Source: Nitrospirota bacterium (lineage in GTDB: Bacteria; Nitrospirota; UBA9217). Taken from it: 64,000 nucleotides of DNA. The stretch covers positions 64,001 through 128,000 of the forward strand of contig CAVUCU010000005.1 of the NCBI GenBank assembly GCA_963740085.1, given 5' to 3'. The notes under the pieces were generated by a model that was not told where the DNA came from, did no database searches, and saw nothing but the letters and a program-made list of their open reading frames with translations. Positions 9,154 to 20,912 of the stretch are shown here, one piece after another (the first letter of the stretch is position 1; each line of letters opens with the position of its first letter). The translations under genes and the position numbers were made by a program.

Positions 9154-10249
9154 GATTACTCCTCCTTTTTTACTTGGAACCCTGTTCCCAAGTATAACCA
9201 CGTTGCAAGGGGCAGGTCACTTAATTTTCAACTATCAACCATTCTGGCTGAGGCCCCGAGGCGCTGCATTAGGCTTTCTTGATATACAAGGCACAGTAGC
9301 CCTCTGGGCTGATCGACCCTCCACGAGCTGACAGGTACCGTCGGCCGTTGGCGTCTTGCCTTGGATGAAGAAGTTGCATTGCTGCATTTCTTATCGCCAT
9401 TCGGCGTGTCTTGGTACTTCGCTACGGCTTTGGTCGATTTTACTGTTGCTGCAAATGCCTTGCCGCGAAGCGGGCGAGGCGACGCCGCGCGCGCAGCGTG
9501 TGCGACGGGACTGTCGTCTCGCGTGTCCCGTATGGGGCGCCATCTCCGTGTCCGCTCGCGTGGCCGGTCCTCACGCGACGCCCCGGGCGTTCGGTGCGGC
9601 CGCGCCGCTGGGCTCGCGCAGGTGACGATCGCCCGCCCGGTGAGCGCCCGCTGCGATGGCAGAGCGGTCCCCGCTGAGCCGCCGACGCCGGCGGGGTGAC
9701 CCGACCCGCGTGCCGCTCCCGGGCGACTGCCGTCCGAGCTGATTGGGCCGAGACCCGCAGGCGACGACGCCGCTAGACCTTATTCCGCGGCGAGCGGGCG
9801 ACTGTGCGCCCCCCACGCGCCAGCCGCCCCGCCACACCCGCTGGAGACGTTGCGTGACGGCCGCCCACATACCGACCGCCGCGGCCCGCAGGCGGGACGG
9901 TGCGGTGGCGCCGGAGCGGGCCCGGCCGGGCGCGGACGGGCGTGCCGGCCGGGCCCGGACACACCGGAGCGATGAAGAGCAGAGCCGCCGCTTAGTAGCC
10001 GGATATCCGTTGCCATGTTCCGCGCGCGCGGCCCTCCGAGGCGATCCCCGCGCGACGGCGAGCGGCGGCCGGCGCTTGTTGGTCTGAACGGTTCGCGCCC
10101 GCAGAGTGTGCAAGGGGTCCTGCGATGTGCATCCCCCCGATGCCCGGGATGTGCCCCGGCCGGTGCGTTCTACCGATAGAAGCCCTGGCGCGGCCCCGAA
10201 ACAATAGTTCTACCTTAGCCGACACGTGCCAGCCACGTAGGAGCCGACG

Positions 10250-11920
10250 ATAGGCGGCGGCCCAAATAGCAGACACCGGGGAGACGAGGTTCGAATAGCC
10301 GGCATGGAGGGAGAGGGCGGCGGTCCCGGGGCGCCGGGCCGCCGAAGAAAGCGTGGCGCTGAGACGCGGGTGGCATAGGAGACCCCCGGCCCCGGCGCGG
10401 GCCCAGAGCAGACGCAGACCCGCCCGGCCCGTCACACCCGCCGGCCCCCCAGGAGCGGCCGGGGCCCCGGCCGACCCGCCGCCCCGCGCCCCCGGCCGCG
10501 GCGATACCGGGCAGCGCCCGCCGGCCGAGCGGCCTGCCCGGGGAGAACACCGGCGGCCGGCCGCGAGCCGGCAGCGGGCCCGCACCGGCGACCAGGCGGC
10601 CCGGCGGCGGGGCGGCCGAGCGGGACGAGCGCGAGAAGCCGGCCGCGGGCGACGGGGGCGCGGGGCCGGCGACCCGGGCCGAAGACCCCCGGCCCGACGC
10701 GGCCCCCGCGGCCGACGCCGGCCCCGGAGCCCGCCGACGCGGTAGAGAGCCGGTGCCGCCCGGCGGAGAGCCCGCGCCCCCCCCGCCGCGCCGCCGGCGG
10801 CAGGGCAGCGCGCAGAGACGCGCGCCCGGAATAGCGGCGGGCCGGCCCGCCAGAGACCGACCGCCGGCCGCCGGCCCCGGAAGAGCGGCCGCGGCTGACG
10901 TGCCGATGTGGCCGACGCGCCCGGCGAGAGCGCCACCCCCGGGCCGGCGCCGCCGCCGCCCGCGATATACGGTGGCGCGATGCCCGACCGATTGACGGAC
11001 GGGCGGTTGGCCCCCACGGACCCGACGGCGCCGACGATGTCGGCCGAGGAGGCGCGGGCCGAGATGAACCGCCGCCGCCGCACCCTGCCGCCCCCGCGCT
11101 CCGCCGGTCAGTGATACCGAGGCGGTGACCCGCCGGCCGCCCTGGCGAGGCGCCGCGGTCTGACCCGCGCTGCTCCTCAATAGGTGGCGCCTCCGACCTG
11201 GCCGCGGCTCTTCGATCCCCCAGCGGCCGATGGGGAGCTAAACTGCCGGATCCGCGCTGAGCACCGATGGCGCGGGAAGTCAGTACCTGCGCCGGTGCTG
11301 AGGGCGGGCAAAGAGATGCCACGGCCGGTAGCGAGGGTCCCTGAGCCGCCACCCTGGCCGGCCTGGCCGCCACCGATATAATCGATCGGGATGAACCGCC
11401 GCCCCAGGTGGGACCGTCGAACGGATGCCGAGTGGATCGTGACGAGTGCCGATGGTGAGCCGGGAAGTGAGGGGCCAGGGCGCAGGTGAGCCGATATCCC
11501 CGTCGCCAAGAAGATGGCGGGACTCGCCGAAGGCCAGCCCGATAATGGTGCACCGGCCCGAGGGAGATGTACGTCCCGTGAGGCGGATGCCGAGCCCTCT
11601 CCCGAACGCCCACGGCAGACGAGCCGATATCGGGAATGGACGCGGCGCGCTCCCGCCGGGACGGTCAGTGCAAGCACGGAACCCCCCCCCGGGCAGCCGT
11701 GGCAGATAGTGCCTGTTCTCTGTGCCAAGTGCGCGCAGTCGGCCGGGCCAGGGAGTGGGACCACACGGTCACTGCGCCGGTAGCGCGGCTGGATATCTCT
11801 GACCCTGCGATGGGCCATGGCCGAGACTGCAGCCCGCCATACCCTTGGGATGACGCCGAAAGCCTTGTCCGATGATCCAGACCTCCGGCGGCAGGTCGTG
11901 ACTCTTACAGATCCCAGTCG
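10250..11920 (-). other. Garbled A/T-dropout copy of the fadE gene (corresponds to about 54190..56138); probable low-quality-read artefact
   Basis: Collinear matching words, e.g. CCTGCGCCGGTGCTGAGGGCGGGCA and GGATCGTGACGAGTGCCGATGGTGA; translation fragment LATGRGISLPALSTGAG is shared. Confidence 0.85.
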
Positions 11921-12164
<244 letters not shown>

Positions 12165-12606
12165 GAAGTACTTCTTGCCGTTCGAATATAGCATAAAATG
12201 AATATTTCAAGAAGCAATTTACGATTCTAAGAGCAGCGTATCGATTGGGCTGAGCATAGTGAGCCAACATCTTCTTCAAATTGCGGAAAGCAGCCTCCAG
12301 CCTCCAACCTCCCGGCTCTCACCGCGTACCTGGATGAACTCGTAATAACGACGGCGGCTCGCACTCGATGACCATCGCGCGCCCGGTGCCGGGATGACGA
12401 AAGCTCAGAATTGCGGCATGAAGATGGTAGCCCGGGTCGCCGGGCAAGGCATGTGTATCCGGCAGGGGCAAACCGCCTGCGCCGTACAGAGGATCGCCAA
12501 CCAGAGGGTGTCCCGAGGATGCCAGGTGAATGCGGATCTGGTGTGGACGGCCTGTCTCAATTCGGACATCACAGAGGAAGGAATCTTCGCGGCGTTCGAT
12601 GACGGT
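12165..12606. repeat. Second copy of the 5233..5667 duplication
   Basis: Direct sequence comparison. Confidence 0.92.
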
Positions 12607-13263
12607 CACGTCAGACAAAGCGGATTTGCCTTCTTGGGACGCGGCATGCACCGAGCCGAGCAAGGCGTGCGGCACCGAGCCGATAGGCGTCGAGATCGTC
12701 GTCTCATCCCAATCGGGACGCCCGCTCGCAAGCGCGCGGTAGCGTTTGCCGACCTGCCTTGCCGACCATTGCCGCATCAATTCCGTCCGCGCATGGTCGT
12801 TCCGCGCGCACAATACTATACCGGATGTCCATCGACCCAATCGATGGAGGGGAGCGGCGTCAGGCGCTTGGACCCGCACGAGGTGCAGCAGGGTTGACTG
12901 AAGGAAATTAGCACCGGGAAGCGTTGGCAGTCCCGCCGGCTTGTTCACTGCTATCACGTCATCATCTTCATATAAAATGGGAAATGACCTTGGGGCATCG
13001 GGTTCGATCCACGGCGGCCGCTGCCACGCCAGTGCGCTTCCCGCGCGCAGTACCCTGTCAGCTTGCGCAGGCAGGTCATCGATAAGCACCTGACCGGAGG
13101 CGATGCGGGTTGCCCACTCCGTTGATGATGAGTGACGATAGCGCTTGCTCAGATAAGCCAGCAGCGTCAGGGAATCAGCAGAAGGGCCGAGTCGTTCACG
13201 GTATTCACAGCCTTCGTTAAGGTGAGTATTTGTGGCGGGATGAAGTATCGATTTAGATGTCAT
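12319..13263 (-). CDS. RluA/RluD-family pseudouridine synthase
   Basis: VNKPAGL, HRLGRWTSG (the catalytic HRLD position reads G), TGRPHQIRIH, HPLVGDPLY. Confidence 0.88.
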   Translation of the reverse strand: MTSKSILHPATNTHLNEGCEYRERLGPSADSLTLLAYLSKRYRHSSSTEWATRIASGQVLIDDLPAQADRVLRAGSALAWQRPPWIEPDAPRSFPILYEDDDVIAVNKPAGLPTLPGANFLQSTLLHLVRVQAPDAAPLHRLGRWTSGIVLCARNDHARTELMRQWSARQVGKRYRALASGRPDWDETTISTPIGSVPHALLGSVHAASQEGKSALSDVTVIERREDSFLCDVRIETGRPHQIRIHLASSGHPLVGDPLYGAGGLPLPDTHALPGDPGYHLHAAILSFRHPGTGRAMVIECEPPSLLRVHPGTR

Positions 13264-13429
13264 AACATATCAGGCTTGATTGGCGTTAGTTTGCTATATG
13301 CTTGCCCTTATTATTTGTAATTGCCCTGTTAAACCTTATTTGCTAATGATTGGCCTTGCCAGGAGCTGATGGTTATGCTCAGCATGGATCGATGAGTGGT
13401 ATCGGCAGCGTAGCGGCTTTGCGAAAGGT

Positions 13430-13965
13430 AATATTGCAGGTCTCGTGATTTGAGTATTTAGAGAAGAGTGATAATGTGATGTTGAAGAGATGTTTATGTG
13501 AGATAAGTGTAGAGAAATTATTTTAAGTTTTGAGTGTTGTTTGTTAATTTAATTGATTGATTGAAATTTTTGTTTTTTGTGTTTGTGATATAGAGAGATT
13601 TAATAAGTGGTGAGAAGATATTATAGAATAATGTATTTTTTGTGGAAAGATAAGTTGTTTTTTATGATGTGTTGTAATGATTTTTATAGTTGTGTGTGTT
13701 TGTTTTTATGATGTGAGTGTTGTTATGATATTTTGTTTTTGGTGGAAGAGGATGTTGTTTTGTGAGTATTGATGATTCTTGTTATGCTTTATATGCTATT
13801 AAAAAGAAAGTATGTTTTTTTAAGTTTTTTATGTAGATGTTTTGATGTTTTTTAATGATAGAATGAAAGATTTTGTTTTTTTATTTTTTTGTTGTTTGTG
13901 TGTTGATATGATAAGTATTGTAGGAATTGTTTTTTTAGATGTGTTGATGTGATGTTTTGTACTGA
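13430..13965. other. C-depleted low-complexity segment, probable read artefact replacing the 3' part of a PAS/kinase gene
   Basis: Almost no C over about 530 bp; grades into readable coding sequence at about 13970. Confidence 0.7.
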
Positions 13966-13969
13966 ACAT

Positions 13970-14429
13970 ACAAGGGAGGCTTGTCTTTTCCTTTCAGCCT
14001 GCTTCGCAGGACTGACGCGTCTGTTTGAGGAACGCATCGTCGCAGTGGGCGCGAAATATCTGCTGATCGGACATATCCAGGAGAAAGGAGGTGAACGATT
14101 TATTGAGCAACAGGCGTTTGCTGAGTTCAAGAGTCGCTCGCTCTGATTTATTTCGCATATCATACCTGCTCATCAATCGTAAAATAACTGACTGGCGCAA
14201 AATGATACAGGTCGGCATACTGGTCGCGGGAGGCTCGAGCTCTCTTTCGGCTCTGCGCAGCTCCTCGTTCTGCATTTCCAGCTCGATCTGGTGCGTGCTC
14301 AGTTCGGTGATGAGCTGTTTGTATCCTGCTGGGAAAGCTCTTGCAGCTCTCCGTCTGTTCTTTGAGCTTCTTCTGCGCTTTACGGCGAAGAGCGGCGAGA
14401 TCGGAAGTTTCTGAATTTGCTTTTTTCAT
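13970..14429 (-). pseudogene. PAS-domain signalling protein N-terminus, multiply frameshifted
   Basis: Fragments MKKANSETSDLAALRRKA, QIELEMQNEELRRA, YADLYHFAPVSYFTID. Confidence 0.65.
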
Positions 14430-17415
14430 GGTGTTAGTCTCTATCCTCTTCTCGTCACTCTCCATCGTGACGAGTATCATTTGCGTCCGACTCGTTCTGA
14501 TTTATCCGCTGGGCGTTCAGCAGCATCTTCCTTCTGCCTATGCTGGACTATGGTCTACGACGAAGTCTCGGAACTGCGCGCTTTTCGTAAGGATCTCCTC
14601 CAGGAGGGTTCTGAGCTCGGGGATGTTCCACTGCTCGCTGCTGAGTTCGTACACCAGCTTCTTCTCGGTCTCTTCCCGAATAGCTGAAGATCTCGTAGAA
14701 CGACTGTCCTACATCACCGGAGGTCCGCATCGAGGACTAGGAGCGGTTCGCGAACGGTGTCACGATCCCCTCGGCATAGGTGAGGGCATCCTGGAGTGCT
14801 GGGCTCGCTTCTGCTCGGTGATATCGATGAAGGTGATGACGATGCTGTTGATGACATTTTCAACCGTGCGGTAGGGCAGGACTCGCGCCAGGAACCAGCG
14901 GCCGTCCACATGCCGGACGCTTTTTTCCTTTGTCTCGAGGGTCCTGACTGTCTCCTCCGCGTCCGCCACGAGATCGGCATAGTCCAGCTTCACGGAGATG
15001 TCGCCCAGGGGCCGTCCGACGTCGGTCTGGATGATGTTTATGAGGTCCGCGAGCGTGGGGGTAAAGCGCTTGATGCGCAGCTTGCTGTCCAGGAATATCG
15101 TTGCGATCAGGGTTTCTCGAGCAGGTTGACGATATCATTGTTTGCATCGGAAAGCTCCTCGATCTTGTTCTGAAGTTCGGTGTTTACCGTGACCAGTTCT
15201 TCGTTCACGGACTGGAGTTCCTCGCGCGAGGTTTCCAGCTCCTCGTTGGTGCTCTGGAGCTCTTCGTTCGAGGATTGCAGCTCTTCGTTCAGCGATTTGA
15301 GCTCCTCGTTCGAGGTCTCCAGTTCTTCAACCGTGGTCTGTAGACGCTCTCTCGTGGACTTAAGCTCGTACTCCATTGCTGAGACGCGTTCGTCCGCTCT
15401 GACCTTTGCGTGTCCCGCCGCCTTTGTCGTAGCCTTTACCGCTTGCTTGTGCCTTTGGGGGACGGCCTGCTCGTTAAATACGACGAGGAGCAGTCCCTGC
15501 AGATGCTCCGGCTGTTTTACGTAACGAACTTCCAGGTTGACGCTCCTGTGGCCTCCGTTCGATCTGATCTGCAGGCCTTCCACGACCACGTCCTTTTTCT
15601 TGTCCAGGGCCTTGCGGATCGCAGTTCTGAGCTCGATACGCAGGCCCTCGCGAGCCATCTCGAGGATGTTGAGCGCGGCCTTGCCCGAGGCCGGCTCCAG
15701 GAACCTGCCGGTGCGGCCGTGGAAAAAGAGGATATCGCCCTTATCGTTCACCATACAGCTGGGAGGCGCGTACTGCTCGATCAGGAGCTTCTCCATGACG
15801 TTGCTGACCGCGACGTTCACCGGCCCCATGCCTTCAGGAACGACATCCTTTCTTGCCCGGCCTGCCGGGGAAACGGGGTAGCGGAGGTCGACCACGGCGG
15901 CCCGGTTGGCATCGATCTTCTTGGCTGAGAAGACCTTCCAGCGTTTATCGAGGACGGAAAAGAAGTCAACAGAGTCTCCCACGGTCTCCGAAGATCCAAG
16001 GAACAGGATGCCTTCAGGATTCAGTGAGTAATGGAACAGGGGCAGCACCTTTTTCTGCAGCGCACTCCCGAGATAGATAAGGAGGTTCCTACAGCTGATC
16101 ATATCCATCTTCGAGAACGGCGGGTCTTTGATGAGGTTCTGTGCGGCGAAGACCACCATTTCCCTGAGATCATCCCTGATCTGATATTGCTGACCCTTCC
16201 TGATGAAGAAACGCGCCAGGCGCACGGGAGACACGTCGACGGTGATGCTCTCGGGGTACAGGCCAGCCCGTGCGATCTCGATGGCCCTGCTGTCGATGTC
16301 GGTGGCGAAGACTTGGATCTTATAATTGACGTTGTGCTCGTGCATTGTTTCCTGCGCGACCATGGCAAGCGAATAGGCCTCTTCTCCGGTGGAACATCCG
16401 GGGACCCAGATGCGCAGGTTGCTGCCGGAGACCTTGTCTTTGAACATACGGGGGAAGGCTTTCGGTTTAGATGCGAACGCCCGGTATCTGAAAAAGCTGT
16501 TACCCTGATCAGCAGGATGGGATCGCATCGGCTCGTATTCATTGTTCCGAAGGTATGAGACATAGTTGTCCAAGGTATCTATCTGGTGGAGCACCATGCG
16601 CTTCTCGATCCTGCGGACGATCGTGTTCAGCTTGTACTGGGAAAAGTCGTGCCCCATCCGGACCTGATCATCGCGAAGATCTTCTGCAGGGCCGGTGGCC
16701 GTGGACCTGAGGCTAATGAGCGGGTGAAGGTGCTCTTCGTGTAGCGCAGCAGGAGTTCGGGCATTTTTTCCGGCGGGAGAATATAATCGACGAGTCCCGT
16801 GGCTATGGCGGAGGCCGGCATGCCGTCATATTTTGCCGTCTTGACCTCCTGGGCCAGCACAAGCCCTCCTTCGCCCTTGATCGCCTGCAGTCCAAGCGTG
16901 CCCTCCGTGCCCGTCCCGGAGAAGATGATGCATATGGCACGCTCTCCCTGGTCCTTTGCAAGGGACCGGAAAAAGAAGTCGATGGGATGGCGGATGCCGT
17001 GGTATGCTGTGGGTTCGAGCAAATTGAGCGTATTGCCCTCGATGTTCATGTCCTGGTTAGGGGGGATGATGTACACGCTGTTCGGCAGGACCCGCATCCC
17101 CTCTTCAGCCTGCGCGACGTTCATGGAGGTATGCCGTTGAAGAAGTTCCGCCATGATGCTCTTGCGGTCCGGCGAAAGGTGGGGGATCAGGACAAAGGAC
17201 ATGCCGCTGTCCGGGGGCATGTGGCTGAAGAACAGTTCCAGCGCCTCGAGTCCGCCTGCGGACGCCCCGATGCCGACAACATAGGGACCGGCCTTCAGCT
17301 GTTGCATTTCTTCATGGGAAGGGAGGGACGGCTTTACCGCGACCCTGGGTCCTTTGGAGGTTTTCTGACCTTGGGAAGAACGACTGGGAGGCGCTTTTTT
17401 CTTTTTTCGTTCCAT
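14430..17415 (-). CDS. CheB/CheR fusion (methylesterase, methyltransferase, coiled coil, PAS), several frameshifts
   Basis: [46 protein letters not shown] heptads, RVLPYRT; ORFs 16627..17415, 15107..16657, 14760..14993. Confidence 0.85.
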
Positions 17416-17495
17416 GTGTCCACTCCTGATGTAGAGAGTCTCGGGCCCGGAGTTTCAACTTGATTTCTCGTATCTACTCAGGTCAAAATCTAATA

Positions 17496-17586
17496 GCCGC
17501 GAAAGAACGCAAGGAACGCAGAATAAATTTAAACCGAAATTATGATTTTTGGCTTTTTCTTTGAGTTCTTTGTGTTCTTTTGCGGC
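17496..17586. repeat. Intergenic inverted repeat of 9-nt periodic units (GCAAAGAAC-like)
   Basis: GCCGCGAAAGAACGCAAGGAACGCAG ... CTTTGAGTTCTTTGTGTTCTTTTGCGGC. Confidence 0.75.
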
Positions 17587-17619
17587 AAGCCTGAGCAGTT
17601 ACGACTTCTCATCCAAAAA

Positions 17620-18030
17620 CTATCCCATCGGGCCGCTGGATGCATTCATCCACTTCTCCAGCGCTTTCCGTATTTCTACGGCGAAGCGGTCCATATCGAC
17701 TGACTTGTGAAGAAAACCGCTGGCACCGGCATCAAAGCACGCTTCCCTGTCCGATTCCAGGTCTGAATGTGTCACCATGATCACCGGGATGCCGCGGAGA
17801 AGGTCGTCGCTTCGTATCGCCCGCAGGACGTCGAGACCGTCCCGTCCGTGCATTTTCAGGTCGAGAAGCACCAGTGACGGCAGCGGCGCCCCGCCCTTGA
17901 GAATCGCGAAACCCAGTTCGCCGCTGAGCGCGGATTCCGTCCTGATCTCCAACCCGAGCTTTGCAAGGACCATTTGCGTCAGAAGGATATCGTCTTCACA
18001 GTCATCGATGACAAGAAGCTTGTGTTCCAT
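17620..18030 (-). CDS. Single-domain response regulator (Rcp1-like)
   Basis: LLVIDD, LLDLKM, FLHKS receiver motifs. Confidence 0.9.
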   Translation of the reverse strand: MEHKLLVIDDCEDDILLTQMVLAKLGLEIRTESALSGELGFAILKGGAPLPSLVLLDLKMHGRDGLDVLRAIRSDDLLRGIPVIMVTHSDLESDREACFDAGASGFLHKSVDMDRFAVEIRKALEKWMNASSGPMG

Positions 18031-18118
18031 GGGTCTCCTGAGGGATAGGACTGATCAGCCCTGTTTCTCTCCAATCCTGATTCTCAGTCCTCCGTCCGTC
18101 TCTGCTCGGTCCTCTTCT

Positions 18119-20701
18119 TTACCCAAGCGTGAAGAAAAACACCGCCCCCTTTGCCACTGCCCCCTCCGCCCAGATGCGGCCGCCGTGGCGGTTGACGATG
18201 CGCTGCACCGTGGCCAGGCCGATGCCCAGGCCCGGAAATTCATCTGTCGTATGGAGCCGTTGGAAGGCGCTGAAGAGCTTGCCGGCATAGGTCATGTCAA
18301 AACCCGCGCCATTGTCCTTGATATAGAAAGTAGTCGTCGCGATCTCCGATTCAATTCCGCGTTCGGCGATCCCAAACTCGATCAAGGCTCCTTCGCGCTT
18401 GCCGGTAAACTTCCATGCATTGGAAAAAAGGTTCTCGATCACCACACGCAGCATGACCGGATCACCCTCGGTGATCACGCTTTCCGCGATGACGAACTGC
18501 GTGTCACGGCCGGGTTCGGACTTCTGAAGCTCATTGGCCGCGCTTCTCGCCAACGAACTCAGGTCCACCGGCGCGCGGTTGAGCCCGCCGCGTGTAAGGC
18601 GGGACAGGCTCAGCAATGCATCGATGAGCTGCGTCATGCGCCCGCTGGCGGCGCGCACACGCCGAAAATAATCTTTGCCGACGTCATCCAGCATTCCGAC
18701 ATGCTCTTCTGCGATCGCCCGGCTGAAGCCTTCGATGGTCCGAAGCGGCGCCCTCAGGTCGTGGGACACGGAGTAGGCGAAGGCCTCCAGCTCCTTGTTG
18801 GCCGCGCCGAGCTGGGCTGTGCGCTCGAGTACGCGCTGTTCGAGCTCTCTGTTCAGCTTTTTTATCTCTTCCTCCGCCCGCAGCCGGTTCTTCTCATTGG
18901 CCATGGAATCCAGTGCAAACGACACGTTGTCCGCCAGAGAGGAGAGGAGGCTTGTCTCCTCGTCGGTAAAGAACTGCGGCTTGTCCGAATAGAGGGTAAA
19001 GACGCCTATCACCTCTGACCCGGCGCGGAGGGGAAACGCGGCAGAAGAACGGAACCCATGCCGCATGGCCTTGTCGCGCCAGGGAAGCATGCGCGGATCA
19101 TGCTCTATATCGCTGCAGATGGAAAAGCGCCCTTCGGAAGCCGCCATGCCTGTGGGCCCTCTGCCTTCGGAGACGTCGTTGGAATATATTTTTATTTTTG
19201 CGAGGTAGCCATCTGCATCTCCGTAGCTGGCAACCGGTTTTACCATTTTTGTATCAGGGTCGGTATTGCCGATCCAGGCCATTTTAAATGAACCATCTTC
19301 AACGGCAATGCGACAAACCTGTTCATACAGTTTTTGAGGGTCATGGATGCGGACTATGGCTTCGTTCACCTTGCTGAGAATGGAATACAAACGGTTCAAC
19401 CTGAAGATCCTGTCCTCAGCCTTCAGGCGCTCGGAAACCTCAGCCTGCAACGTATTCACGGTCTTGGCCAGCTCCGCGGTCCTTTCACGGACCCGCACCT
19501 CAAGTTCGTCATGCACCTTTTGGAGCGCATCTTCCGCCTGCTTGCGCTCGGTGATGTCCTCAAAGACCGTCACGAAATACGGCTTCATCGGACTGTATGC
19601 CGAGACAAAAAACCACTTCTTGAGCGCCTCAGAGTACTGCTCGAATCGGATCTCCTTTCCTTCGAGCGCAACCCGTCCGTAGGTGCCTATCCAGTCGGCG
19701 GGGTCATTCTCGATCCCGGGCAATACTTCCCTCACCCCTTTGCCGGTGATATCTTCCCTCTTCAGCCCGGTATGCCTTTCAAAAGAGTTGTTCACTTCAA
19801 GAAAAATATAATCAACGGGCTTTCCCGTCTCGTCCACGACGATTTTGTGGATCGAGAACCCGTCGATCATGTTCTCGAACAGGGATCGGTACCGGGCCTC
19901 GCTCTCCCGAAGCGCCGATTCGCTCTGCTTCAGATTCCTGAACAGAAGGATCGAAGGTTCGACCACACCGGTAACGATGATGGCGCGATAAAGCAGATAA
20001 TAGGAGAGGAGCTCGAAGAAATGCCCCAGCTTATTTGCGAATCCATAAATGCTCACGTAGTGTGTGAATGAAAGCTCCGAAGCCACTGAGCTCAGAAGGG
20101 AGAGGGTCACCAGTCTCAATACACCGTGGTCAAAGAGATTGCGCTTTTGAAGCAAAAGGCTGAGCGATGCCAGGAAGATGAGACAGATGATGTATTCGCT
20201 GGCTATCTTGAACAACGTCAAACCTGCGCCTTCAACATAGCAGACAGGAAACCAGCGTAAAAAGACCGAAACGAGAATAAGAGCGGTAACGAAGAGGTAA
20301 GTCGAAAACATCCCGGTAGTATTCAGTTTTCTTTTAATGAAAAAAGGGGCAAAAAGAAAAGAAAGACTGAACAGATAACGGAACACGATCCAGAGCTGCG
20401 TCGCCAGATTTGCCCCGTACCCGGGGAACACACCGAGACCTTCATAGGCGAGCAAATGGGCCAGGTCGAGGGCGCCGGCGAACAGAGAGGCAATGCCGAT
20501 AAAAAGCAGATAGTGGTTGTCCAGAACTTGACGGGTATTCCAGGCAAGGACGAAGATAACGAAGGCCACGAGGACGCTGAATATCTCGACGAGACTGTGG
20601 AAGAGAAGATAACTGTACAGGCTGCTCGCGTACGTGACGAGCAGGACGCCGGCGCCGATAAAAATCGGAAGCAACTTTATGGAAGACCCGGAATTTTTCA
20701 C
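18119..20701 (-). CDS. Sensor histidine kinase (MASE3-like membrane domain, PAS, GAF, HisKA/HATPase)
   Basis: LLFHSLVEIFS membrane region; [14 protein letters not shown]; NAWKFT; DNGAGF; GLGIGL. Confidence 0.9.
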   Translation of the reverse strand: MKNSGSSIKLLPIFIGAGVLLVTYASSLYSYLLFHSLVEIFSVLVAFVIFVLAWNTRQVLDNHYLLFIGIASLFAGALDLAHLLAYEGLGVFPGYGANLATQLWIVFRYLFSLSFLFAPFFIKRKLNTTGMFSTYLFVTALILVSVFLRWFPVCYVEGAGLTLFKIASEYIICLIFLASLSLLLQKRNLFDHGVLRLVTLSLLSSVASELSFTHYVSIYGFANKLGHFFELLSYYLLYRAIIVTGVVEPSILLFRNLKQSESALRESEARYRSLFENMIDGFSIHKIVVDETGKPVDYIFLEVNNSFERHTGLKREDITGKGVREVLPGIENDPADWIGTYGRVALEGKEIRFEQYSEALKKWFFVSAYSPMKPYFVTVFEDITERKQAEDALQKVHDELEVRVRERTAELAKTVNTLQAEVSERLKAEDRIFRLNRLYSILSKVNEAIVRIHDPQKLYEQVCRIAVEDGSFKMAWIGNTDPDTKMVKPVASYGDADGYLAKIKIYSNDVSEGRGPTGMAASEGRFSICSDIEHDPRMLPWRDKAMRHGFRSSAAFPLRAGSEVIGVFTLYSDKPQFFTDEETSLLSSLADNVSFALDSMANEKNRLRAEEEIKKLNRELEQRVLERTAQLGAANKELEAFAYSVSHDLRAPLRTIEGFSRAIAEEHVGMLDDVGKDYFRRVRAASGRMTQLIDALLSLSRLTRGGLNRAPVDLSSLARSAANELQKSEPGRDTQFVIAESVITEGDPVMLRVVIENLFSNAWKFTGKREGALIEFGIAERGIESEIATTTFYIKDNGAGFDMTYAGKLFSAFQRLHTTDEFPGLGIGLATVQRIVNRHGGRIWAEGAVAKGAVFFFTLG

Positions 20702-20912
20702 TGTCGTCTCATCGGATGCCGCTCAATTCGGGGGCGAAAAACCCGGTAAGCGATCTCAACCTGCCGTCACTCTGCCAAGTGCAAGTATAATGAATTCCGG
20801 GATGGTCTGCAATGACTTTAAGCGAAAATCGTCTTCCCCCGCGCAGATTTCAAAAAGCAATCTATCCGTTTCGGTACTGTCCCCAATGGCAGATCGATCA
20901 TCCGAGAAACTG

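Noticed and set aside
9330-11920. Many long overlapping Arg/Gly/Pro/Ala-rich ORFs suggesting a high-GC foreign island
   Set aside because: Stop codons are missing because of A/T dropout; most of the stretch is a corrupted copy of fadE.
13430-13965. C-free tract suggesting cytosine-deaminase hypermutation
   Set aside because: It lies in a low-quality zone with many indels and mirrors the nearby A/T-dropout tract; a base-calling failure is more likely, though reads should be checked.
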